Assembly: GCA_963674965.2 (NCBI GenBank)
Contig: CAXXFL010000003.1
Span: 384,001-448,000, forward strand
Direction of reading: 5' to 3'
Source: a bacterium
GTDB taxonomy: Bacteria; RBG-13-61-14; DATKZS01
DNA length: 64,000 nucleotides
Shown here: positions 19,208-28,336 of the stretch, one piece after another
How positions within the stretch are numbered: position 1 is the first letter of the stretch
Layout: every line of letters starts with the position of its first letter
Translations under genes and position numbers: made by a program
The notes under the pieces: model-generated
What the model was told of the DNA's origin: nothing
Databases searched by the model: none
The model's input: the letters and a program-made list of their open reading frames with translations, nothing else

Positions 19208-20503
19208 TAAATAAATATATAGAACACAGGCCTGAATGCTTTTACTCAGAAGATATTTTTCACAAATTTCTATACTGGCTAAATAAAAGAGATAATAATT
19301 CACGAGGGCCTCTACAAGAGTATTTTAAAGAGTTCTCTACAGAATTAAATCAGGCATTCCATCACTTAAATGAGGTAAATCGATATGACTGGCATGATGG
19401 CGTCTTGAAATTAGATGAATATGAAAAAATCCGATTTATCGATCAAAAAATACACCCCGCATACCTCCGACTAGTAGAAGCGGTTCTTGCTCCTTTCCTT
19501 CATGTAGTGGCACATTTTTATAGATTTGATCGTGGGAAAGGCACACAAGGATTGGACTTATACAATATTATGGATAACGTGAAAAAAACCGAAATTTCTG
19601 ATGCCGCAGCGCCCTATCTTCATAAAGTTCGGAATGGAATAGGCCACGGGAAGATAACTTACTTACAGAATGAAATACTCTATAAAGATAGAAAAGGAAA
19701 TAGTGAGAAATATAATGATTCAGAAATAATCAGAACATTTGATAACCTTCTTGATACATGTAATTCCATCGCGTTGGCATTATGGATATTTTTTCTTTCA
19801 AAACAATCAGATTGCTATGCTTTGCCGCGACAATTGCTACTGGAAGAGCTTAGGCAGGAAACTAAAACACCGTGGTGGGAGGTCGTTGGTTGCATACCTT
19901 CCGAAAAATCTAGGCAACATCAATTAAATGTATATGTGAAAAACAAAACGCGAGATTATGATAAAGTTCGATATAGTGCCTTTCAAACGGGACTTTTGGC
20001 TGAACTGTTCTCATCTGGTTATGAAAGATACTTTATTTCTATTCTTTCTGATTATTCCTTGCCCGGCTGGGCTGCTTTCAATGGTGACAAGCTGAAGGAA
20101 TTAAGGCTTCATGAAAATACGCGTTTTGAAGACTACAAATGTGTTTTAGAGAATAATGACGTCTATTTTTACCCTCGTGTGAAGGCACCAAAACTGTTTC
20201 ACCATTTAAATAGTTCCAGTTGCGTAACTAGAAAAAGCCAATAAAAACAATGTGCTGTAAGCATTTTTCGCTTCCCTTTTTGGTCTTGATATGATACAAT
20301 AACTCCTTGAAAAATCAAGGATTGACTTGCCGGGATGCTGTGAAGGGGGCGAAAAATGCGACCGAAAATTAAAATGCAAATGACCATTGAAGACCACGAA
20401 TTTTTGAAAGCGGGCCATCTTTTCAAACAAGACACTGAGCTTGAGAAGATGAGCATAGCGCTCCGGAATGTGTCAAGCAAAATGAGACACGCCTTTCCTG
20501 AAT

Positions 20504-21520
20504 TTAGTGTGGCAAACTGTTTATTTCCTCCGGTTTCGCCGGTGGGTTGATCCACGCTTTGCCGGGCAACTCCGGCGCCGTCGGCGGTCTTTTCACGAAG
20601 CGCTCCGGTTTTTTTTCATAGGCGTGGTCGAGCGTTTTTTGCCTGGCGGCCACGATCTCGCTCGCCATTCCGTAATGGACCATCTCGGGCGTCATCAGGC
20701 CGATCCCGGTGTGCCGATGCTCGCGGTTGTACCAATCGAAAAACTTCACGCAAAAGGCCCTGGCGTCCTCGATGGAGCCGAACCGGCTCGGGAACTCGGG
20801 CCGGTACTTCATGGTCTTGAACTGGCTTTCCGAGTAGGGGTTGTCGTCGGACACGTGGGGCCGCGAGTGGCTCTTGGTCACGCCCAGGTCGGCCATCAAG
20901 AAGGCCACCGGCTTTGATTTCATCGAACTCCCCCGGTCGGCGTGGATGGTGAGTTGTCCCGGCTCGATCCCCTGTTTTCGGATGCTGTCCCCGATCAGGC
21001 GGCGGGCCAGCTCCGCGCTCTCGCGTCCGGCGATCATCCATCCCACCACGCAGCGGCTGAAGATGTCCATGATCACGTAGAGTTGGTAGCAGGTCCATTT
21101 GGCCGGTCCCTTGAGCTTGGTGACGTCCCAGGACCAGACCTGGTTGGGGGCCTCGGCCAGCAACTCGGGTTTTTTGTATCGGGGACGCCGAAGCTGGTTG
21201 CGCCGCTCCCTGACTTCCTTTTCCGAGTCGAGGACGCGGTACATGGTGCGGACCGAGCACAGCCATGTCCCCTCGTCCAGGAGCGTTGCCCAGACCTCGC
21301 GGGGGGCCTTGTCGGCAAAGCGCTCGGAGTGGAGTCCGTCCAGCACCCGGCGCCGCTCGTCCTCGCTCAACGACCTTGCCGGCTTGGCCGCGCGCCTCGG
21401 CGGCGGAGGCCCGAAGGGAATTTTAGCGCGACGATTAAACGTTGCTCGCGACAGGCCCAGGGCCTCGCAGGCGGCCTTGGCGCCGACCCGGGGAGCGGCC
21501 GTGCTTGCCGATTCCATCAT
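20504..21520 (-). CDS. IS3-family transposase OrfB (integrase core)
   Basis: PNQVWSWDVTKL, DIFSRCVVGW, IHADRGS, DNPYSESQFKTMKY, YNREHRHTGI. Confidence 0.93.
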   Translation of the reverse strand: MMESASTAAPRVGAKAACEALGLSRATFNRRAKIPFGPPPPRRAAKPARSLSEDERRRVLDGLHSERFADKAPREVWATLLDEGTWLCSVRTMYRVLDSEKEVRERRNQLRRPRYKKPELLAEAPNQVWSWDVTKLKGPAKWTCYQLYVIMDIFSRCVVGWMIAGRESAELARRLIGDSIRKQGIEPGQLTIHADRGSSMKSKPVAFLMADLGVTKSHSRPHVSDDNPYSESQFKTMKYRPEFPSRFGSIEDARAFCVKFFDWYNREHRHTGIGLMTPEMVHYGMASEIVAARQKTLDHAYEKKPERFVKRPPTAPELPGKAWINPPAKPEEINSLPH

Positions 21521-22056
21521 TCGCTCTCTTCGCCGGGCGGCTTGGCCAGGGGTATCCCCAGCAGATCGGCAACTTTTTTTTGGAAGTCGATTATCATCTC
21601 GGCCTGTTCGAGCCGCTTTTGGAGCTTCCCGTTCTCGCGCTCGAGGCGGGCCACTTCATCGGCCAGCGGGTTTTTGGCCTTGGGCTTGCGGCCCCGCTTT
21701 ACGGGCGAAAGCGCTTTCAAGGCCCCCTCGTCCCGCTGCTTGCGCCAGGCCGTCAGGTGCGACGAATAAAGGCCCTCCCGGCGCAGCAGGGCGCCGACCT
21801 CGCCATGCCCCGAGCAGGCGTCGGCCTTCCCGAGGATTGCGAGCTTGTAAGCCGCGGTGAAGCGCCGCCGGGCGGGCTTTTCCGGGACCTCCGGCTCGGG
21901 AAGAATGATCGGCGCCCCCACCCGCTCGGGCCGCTTGGCAGGAGTGTCCTCCGGCTCGGCCGTCCCGGTTGGGGAGACTCCGGTCGCCCTACGGGCTCCC
22001 TCCGTCTCCCCAACAATCCCTGCCTTCTTCCTGTCTTCATCCATCTCTCTATACAT
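21517..22056 (-). CDS. IS3-family transposase OrfA (HTH plus coiled coil)
   Basis: RRRFTAAYKLAIL, GALLRREGLYSSHLTAWR; ATGA overlap with orfB. Confidence 0.9.
   Translation of the reverse strand: MYREMDEDRKKAGIVGETEGARRATGVSPTGTAEPEDTPAKRPERVGAPIILPEPEVPEKPARRRFTAAYKLAILGKADACSGHGEVGALLRREGLYSSHLTAWRKQRDEGALKALSPVKRGRKPKAKNPLADEVARLERENGKLQKRLEQAEMIIDFQKKVADLLGIPLAKPPGEESE
21573..21581 (-). promoter_or_regulatory. Candidate programmed -1 frameshift site (A8G) joining OrfA to OrfB
   Basis: Minus strand TTC CAA AAA AAA GTT; the -1 frame stays open from here to the orfB ATG. Confidence 0.7.
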
Positions 22057-24240
22057 CCTAATACCTCCCCCGCCCTACAGTAATTTAACATAGGGGAAGT
22101 GTCTCATCTACGTTGGCACAGAGGGCTCGACGAGGCCAAGGAAATTCTGGAAGCTGTTGCCGATGATCTCCAAAGCGGACTCAAGGAGACCGGCGCCGAG
22201 GGGATGAGCGTCGAGCAGGTCCTTAGGAGCGCGGTCATCTATCAACTCAAGTGTTATTCCTACCGGGAACTCGGCGACCGCCTCGGTTCCGATTACAATT
22301 TCCGCAAGTTCACCAGGTTCTTCGGGCGGGACATTCCCCATTTCAGCAGCCTGGAGCGGGCGATAAAACGCATCCGCCCCGAGACCTGGGAGCGGATCAA
22401 CGAAATGCTCGTGGCCCTGGCCATTAAAAAAAAAGTAGAAGACGGCGAGGCGGTCCGCGCTGACACCGCGGTGGCCGAGGCCAACATCCACTATCCGACC
22501 GACGCTTCGCTTCTTTTTGACAGCATCCGTGTATTGGACCGGTTGATGAAAGGAGCGCGGAAGGAGCTGCCGGGTCTCGGGTTCGAATATCATGACCGGA
22601 CTCGGCGGGCCAAGAAGCGCGCTTACCAGATCGCCATGGGCAAAGGCAAAGGGATCGAGAAGAAACGGGCGGTCTGGTACCGGGACCTTCTCAAGGTTTC
22701 GGCGGAAATCTTGGCCATGGCCCGCTCGGCGCGGGAGGCGCTGGACGAGGCCCTTAAAGGCGGAGAGCTTTATTTCAGCGATGCGGGCCTGGCAACCATG
22801 ATCAAGAGCGAACTCGATCATTACCTGCCGCTTTCTGAGCAGTGCGTCGAGCAGTGCGAGCGGCGGGTTATAAAAGGCGAGAAGGTTCCCGCGCAAGAGA
22901 AGGTGGTTTCCGTTTTCGAGCCGCACGTTGATATCATCCGGAGAGGCAAGACCATGAGCCCGACCGAGTTCGGTCACAAGGTGATGGCGGCGACGGGAAG
23001 GTCGGGGATTGTGCTTCAATATAAAGTGTGCGAGGGCAACCCTTCCGACGCCGACCTTTTCGAGGACATTTTGCAAAAACACGTCCGCCTGTTCGGCAAG
23101 GCTCCACGCGAGTTTACCGGCGACCGCCGCTTCTATCATGAGGACAATGAGAAGCTTGCGACCGAAGGTCCTTATTATATCGAGCGCCTGGCCATTCCCA
23201 AGCCCGGCAAAAGGAGTTCGGAGCGGATCGAGCACGAGCGTCAGCGCTGGTTCAAGAAGCTTCTTCGCTTCCGGGCCGGGATCGAGGGCGGCCTTTCCGC
23301 CCTTCTTCGCGGCTTCGGTCTGAGCCGATGCCTGTGGAGAGGTTTCGAGAGCTTCAAGTCCTGGGTGGGTCTTTCGTTCTTTGCCTGGAACCTTCGAAAA
23401 CTCGCGCTGCTGACTTAGCCGCCGCCGGGCGCGCCCCTGTGGGGGCAATGAAAAACGGAAATGAAAAACAGCAAAAGGAGAGGTGTTTTTTGAAAGGATA
23501 GAAAAGGGCCGGCTCAGGCATTCAACTCGCCTGAAAGCGTTAAAATCTTTTCCGTCCTTTATGGACGCCCTGAAAATCTGCATGTCCATATCCTCTCCGC
23601 ACCGCATAATGAAAGCCATTAAGCAGTTGTGCAACAGAAACTAAATAATAGGTATATGGCATTTAGACTGTTCTTGCCAATCGCGAGAGAAGATTTCAAG
23701 ACTCAACTTAATCTTCCCAATATCTATGTCCGAAATTCCGTAATTCACCGCAATGGTTGGCGTTGCGTACTAAATGCAAGTGTATTTTACAACGGCCCAG
23801 ATGACCAAGAAGCAATAAGAAACTCGTGTAGAAGAATCATTCATCAGCCCCTTTTGAACGCGAGATGCCGTTTATCTATTACAGATATATCTCGATATCT
23901 TCCCCTAGGCTATGCTCGCGTGGCGGTATTTCGGAAAAATTATAGAAGACGCCGATTATTATGCTTTGGTCTTGGTGACGATTTGATTTGTACTGTACAG
24001 GTAAAAAATATCTCACGCATTTCCAGCCCAGATATTATTGGATCAACAATCGAAAAATATGGAAAGTATAGAATCGCATGGAACCGGGCTTGGTTACAAA
24101 ATAAGGAAACAGAAGTCTCAGGATCGTGAAAATATCGAGATAAAAGATATAAGTTTAAAGGCACAAAACCCGACTCTGACTGAACATTAAGGGAGAACGC
24201 CTAAAGCTAAATGAACTATATATCTATCTCTTTTATATGA

Positions 24241-25458
24241 TCAGGATTCCCCTCTCCTGTACTTCTTCTGGGCCTCCTTCATGGTCTTGGAGAGTTCCTC
24301 GATGTCCACGGGTTTTTGCAGGTAGGCGAAGGCGCCCAGGTCGAGGGCGGTCTCGCGGTCCTTTTCCGAGCCGTGGCCGGTAAGCACGATGACCTCGATG
24401 TGGGGCTTGTCCTTTTTCAGGCGGCGCAGGACCTCCATGCCGTTGATGCCGGGCATGTTGAGGTCGAGGACGATAACGTCCGGCTCGTCGTCCTCGACCA
24501 GGTCCAGGGCCTGCTGGCCGTCGTAGACCACGGTCGAGCCCACGTCGCGGAGCTGGAGGCGCTCGGAGAGGGTCTGCACGAACTCCCGTTCGTCGTCCAC
24601 CAGGAGGACCTTGCTGGGGACCTCGGGCTCGAAGCGGCGGTAGATGTCGGCCTTGTAAAAGCCGGGACCGACCTTGGTCTCGACCGACTCGACGCCCGAA
24701 ACGCCGCCCGCTATCTTTTTCAGTTCATCCTCCAGGCGGGCCAGCATGAGGGTGTTCTTGTTGATGGTCAGGACCGTGGCGCCCTTGTCGGCGGCCACCA
24801 TCACGTTGTGCCCCGCGTTCACCAGGGCCTCCTCCACCTTGGCCATCAGCTTGAAGTCGGCCGCGGCCGCCCGGGCCGTGTCGTTATAGGCCAGGGCCGA
24901 AGACCCCGCGCTCGAGAGTATCAGCTCGACCGCCTTCTCCACCGAGGTCTTGTCCGTGGGAATAAGAACGTCGTAGAGATCCGCGTCCCAGGGCTCCTTG
25001 CCGAAAAGATAATCCGTCCACAGCCCCTTGCTCTCGTCGTCCTTGTGGATGAGCCTGGTGGCCTCCTTTTGCGAGAGCCCGGCCGCCTCGGCCGCCGTCT
25101 TGCAGCGGTGGTTGAACTCCGCTATAACGCACACGCCGAGGGCGTGAGTCACGCTCCTCGGGACCAGGTGGGAGCAATAGCCGCTGACCACTATCCCGTC
25201 GCCGTCGGCCAGGTCGGCCATGACCATCCGCAGGTGGCTCACGAATCGTTCCTTCTCGTGCGTGTACTTGTTCCACACCGAGGGGGACTGGGTCATGGCG
25301 CGCAGGAGCTTCTTTTCCGCCACTCCGTAGCGCTCGCTCGCCTTCTTCACGATCTCGGCGTCGTCCAGCGCGACCTTGTAGCCCAGCTTCTCGGCCGCCA
25401 GGTCGCGGACCTTTCTACCGTTGCAGTGAATCCCGTGGAATATCTTCAGTATGGCCAT
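24241..25458 (-). CDS. Response regulator with N-terminal cytidylate-kinase-like and BON-like regions and a C-terminal receiver domain
   Basis: C-terminal VLLVDDE..PDVIVLDLNMPGING..VIVLTGHG..AFAYLQKP. N-terminal LAAEKLGY..DADLYDVLI. Start at ATG 25458. Confidence 0.85.
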   Translation of the reverse strand: MAILKIFHGIHCNGRKVRDLAAEKLGYKVALDDAEIVKKASERYGVAEKKLLRAMTQSPSVWNKYTHEKERFVSHLRMVMADLADGDGIVVSGYCSHLVPRSVTHALGVCVIAEFNHRCKTAAEAAGLSQKEATRLIHKDDESKGLWTDYLFGKEPWDADLYDVLIPTDKTSVEKAVELILSSAGSSALAYNDTARAAAADFKLMAKVEEALVNAGHNVMVAADKGATVLTINKNTLMLARLEDELKKIAGGVSGVESVETKVGPGFYKADIYRRFEPEVPSKVLLVDDEREFVQTLSERLQLRDVGSTVVYDGQQALDLVEDDEPDVIVLDLNMPGINGMEVLRRLKKDKPHIEVIVLTGHGSEKDRETALDLGAFAYLQKPVDIEELSKTMKEAQKKYRRGES

Positions 25459-25459
25459 T

Positions 25460-27616
25460 TTATGCTCCCGTCGTCTCTTTGACTTCATCGAGGGGACAGA
25501 CCGTGACGAGCGGACATTCCTTCTCGTCGGAACCCTTGTGGGCCTTGTCGAATATGGCCGCGATGGCGGCCGCCTGGGTGGGGAAGATGTGGTCATCCCC
25601 GATCTTCTCGTAAAGGTGGGTCCGCTTCATGAGCAGAAGCACGTCCTCCTTGACGCCGCTGATGGAAAAGTCGTGACCCGCGCTCCTCACGTTGTCCACC
25701 ACCAGCGACATGACCTCCTCACCGGACGCGTCCATGGCGTTGATGCCGTTGGCCACGAGAAGGATGTGACGAAGCTCCGGCATGGCGCTCACGCGGTCGA
25801 TGATCAGGTCCTCGAAGTAGCTGGCGCTGGCGAAGAACAGCGGGCCGTCGAACCGGATCACGGCTATGTGTTTGCACTCTCTCAACGACCAGTGCTCGGC
25901 GTCCCTCAGCGAGCAGTCGGGATGGAGCGAAAGGTGGGCCACTTTGGGCCTCATGCTGATATAGAGGAAATAGCCCAGCGACAGGAGAACGCCCACGATG
26001 ATGCCCTTGTCCAGATGGGGCGCCCAGGCCAGCGTGCCAAGAAAGGAAACCACCGAGATGATCCCGTCCACTTTGTGAGTTTTATAGGCGTGAATAAAGC
26101 CGCTCACGTTCACCAGGCCGATGACGGCCATCATGATGACGGCGGCCAGGGTGGCCTGGGGAAGGAAATAAAGGAGCGGCGTGAAGAAAATAAGCACGAT
26201 CACCACCATGCAACTCGTGACCACGCTGGATATGCCGGTAAGCGCCCCCGCCTGGAGGTTGACCGCCGACCTCGAGAAGGACCCGGACGTGGGATAGGAC
26301 TGGCCCACCGAGCCCAGGATGTTGGCGATGCCCTGTCCGATCAGCTCCTGGTTGGGATCGAGGTATTGTCCGGTCTTGGCCGCCATGGCCTTGGCGATGG
26401 ATATGGCCTCCATGAATCCGAGCAGCGAGATGATGATGGCCGTGGGAAGAAGCAAAAGGAAGTCGGATAGATTTATCCTGGGCACGGCCAGCTTGGGAAG
26501 ACCCTTGGGAATGGTACCCACGATGGCGCCGCCGCCGATCATGTAGAGGTTGTCCGGGTCGATCTCCTTGGTTCCCACCTTGATCCTCCACACGCGTCCG
26601 TCCGTCTGGGCGCCCTCGGGCGCCTCGCCCTTTTTATAGAAGCGCATGGTCCCGTCCGGGCCCGGGACCCCGTCCAGGAAGATAAGGCGCATCTTTTCCC
26701 TGGCCACGTGGCTCTTTTGCTCGAGGTGCTCGATCTCGAGGTTGATCTTCTCGACGCGCTGGGAGAGTTCGAGGTACTCGATGGATTTCTCGCCGCTTTT
26801 CTCCTTGACCTCCAGCAGCTTGGGAGTCAGGGTGGCCCTTTCCTCGCCCAGGGCCGCCGTCTCGGCCACGGTATCGTCGAAGTCCTTGATGAGCTGGCGT
26901 ATCTCATCGACCTCGACGCTCGAGAGGGTGGCCTTTGTATCGTGGTTGAAGCCGGCCAGCCAGGAAATAAGAGTGGTCACTATAACGGCCACCAGCACGT
27001 TGGGTATCTTGGGATTGATTTTTCTCAGGACGTACATGATGGCGAAGGCCAGGACGCCCATGGCCAGGGTGGGCCAGTGGGTGTACTGGAAGGCCGACTC
27101 GACCACGCCAATGATGGTCTCGTAATGGTGCTCCGCGCTGTCCACGTAAACGCCGAAGAGCTTCGAGAGCTGGGAGGTGGCGATGATGATGGCGCCCGCG
27201 TTGGTAAAGCCGTTGACCACCGGGTGGGAGAGGAAGTTGACCACCAGGCCCAGCCTGAGCACGCCCAGGGCCAACTGGAAAACTCCCACCGTAAAGGCCA
27301 GGGCGATGGTATAGGCTATGTAGCCCGCGCTGCCGGCCGTGGCCAGGGGCCCGAGGGAGGCGGCGGTCATAAGCGACACGATGGCCACCGGGCCGGTGGC
27401 GAGCTGCCTGCTCGATCCGAACAGGGCCGCGAACATGGGCGGCAGGAAAGAGGCGTAAAGCCCGTAATAAGCGGGCAGACCCGCCAACTGGGCGTAGGCC
27501 ATGGACTGGGGAATAAGGACCAGCGCCACGCTCAAGCCGGCCAGGAAATCGACTCGGAAAGAGGAAAGGCCGTAGCCCTTGAACCACGTGAGGAAAGGAA
27601 ATACGCGTTTAATCAT
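25460..27616 (-). CDS. SulP/SLC26 anion transporter with STAS domain
   Basis: DFLAGLSVALVLIPQSMAYA, GSSRQLATGP, NQELIGQG, GSFSRSAVN, RFDGPLFF. Confidence 0.95.
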   Translation of the reverse strand: MIKRVFPFLTWFKGYGLSSFRVDFLAGLSVALVLIPQSMAYAQLAGLPAYYGLYASFLPPMFAALFGSSRQLATGPVAIVSLMTAASLGPLATAGSAGYIAYTIALAFTVGVFQLALGVLRLGLVVNFLSHPVVNGFTNAGAIIIATSQLSKLFGVYVDSAEHHYETIIGVVESAFQYTHWPTLAMGVLAFAIMYVLRKINPKIPNVLVAVIVTTLISWLAGFNHDTKATLSSVEVDEIRQLIKDFDDTVAETAALGEERATLTPKLLEVKEKSGEKSIEYLELSQRVEKINLEIEHLEQKSHVAREKMRLIFLDGVPGPDGTMRFYKKGEAPEGAQTDGRVWRIKVGTKEIDPDNLYMIGGGAIVGTIPKGLPKLAVPRINLSDFLLLLPTAIIISLLGFMEAISIAKAMAAKTGQYLDPNQELIGQGIANILGSVGQSYPTSGSFSRSAVNLQAGALTGISSVVTSCMVVIVLIFFTPLLYFLPQATLAAVIMMAVIGLVNVSGFIHAYKTHKVDGIISVVSFLGTLAWAPHLDKGIIVGVLLSLGYFLYISMRPKVAHLSLHPDCSLRDAEHWSLRECKHIAVIRFDGPLFFASASYFEDLIIDRVSAMPELRHILLVANGINAMDASGEEVMSLVVDNVRSAGHDFSISGVKEDVLLLMKRTHLYEKIGDDHIFPTQAAAIAAIFDKAHKGSDEKECPLVTVCPLDEVKETTGA

Positions 27617-28011
27617 AACAACCCTTCTTCATTCGGCGCCAATACTGCTAAAGGAAAATTTTGACCCCGGGATAATAGAGGTTTTGAATTATACATGATT
27701 TCAGCCGCTTTGGCAATTATAAAGGGCGATATGGATAGAGGATTGTCACGGCGACTTAAGGCTTCAAGGCCGAGGTCATTGCCATTCGCGCCATTTCGCC
27801 CATTCCATCCGATAAGTCGCGCGGCATCTAAGTGGGTCGGCCGTTCGCGGGTCATGATTTATTCGCTTGACTTCTTTTCAGGACCGCGGCAAAAACGCGT
27901 CCGCTTCCGATCGGCGAAGGGACCGATATTTACGATCACGACCGGAAAAAACGGAAGGCGAATGGAGACGGCCGCGGTTTTTGGAAAAACCGCCTCCGAT
28001 AATAAATACCC

Positions 28012-28253
28012 TTACCCGTTCCTTTCGATTTTTTTGATCAGGAAATCAACCACCGCCGGGTCGGCCAGGGTCGATGTATCGCCTATGTTCTCCGTGTCTC
28101 CCGAGGCGATCTTCTTGAGGATGCGCCTCATGATTTTGCCCGACCGGGTCTTGGGAAGAGCGTTGGTGAACTGAATCTCGTCGGGCGTGGCGATGGGTCC
28201 GATCTCTTTGCGGACGCGGACATTGACGTTATCTCTTTTTCTTGCTCGGACAT
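28012..28253 (-). pseudogene. acs: Internally deleted acetyl-CoA synthetase remnant
   Basis: AGGAGG SD and [11 protein letters not shown] are joined out of frame to [37 protein letters not shown]...[12 protein letters not shown]...stop. Confidence 0.85.
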
Positions 28254-28336
28254 GCCTTCTCCTCCTTATCGTCGGTATCGTGCTCGTCGAATTTCAATAA
28301 TACTCGATTATAATCCGAACGCTACATTGAGGCTTA

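Larger units (their letters stand above)
20464..22124 (-). mobile_element. IS3-family insertion sequence, 1661 bp, nested in ISNCY copy 2
   Basis: 4-bp target duplication GCTC (20460-20463, 22125-22128). IRs TGTGTCAAGCAAAATGAGACAC / GTGTCTCATCTACGTTGGCACA (17/22 match). orfA/orfB layout. Confidence 0.92.
20356..23418 (+). pseudogene. Interrupted ISNCY transposase (20356-20463 joined to 22129-23418)
   Basis: MRPKIK...MSIAL breaks at GCTC and resumes as DEAKEIL after the nested element. Confidence 0.92.
20213..23641 (+). mobile_element. ISNCY-like IS copy 2, transposase interrupted by an IS3-family element
   Basis: Near-identical to copy 1; one A/G difference noticed at 19129 vs 23563. TAAATA repeats at 20207-20212 and 23642-23647. 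Length equals 1764 + 1665. Confidence 0.93.
17263..24129 (+). pseudogene. Low-GC gene of about 553 aa with a HEPN-like motif, split into three in-frame pieces (17263-17443, 19214-20212, 23648-24129) by IS insertions
   Basis: Removing each IS plus one TAAATA copy gives continuous reading: ...HYLALN-KYIEHRPEC... and ...LFHHLN-NRYMAFRLF. The middle piece contains YLRLVE ... VRNGIGHG. Confidence 0.85.
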
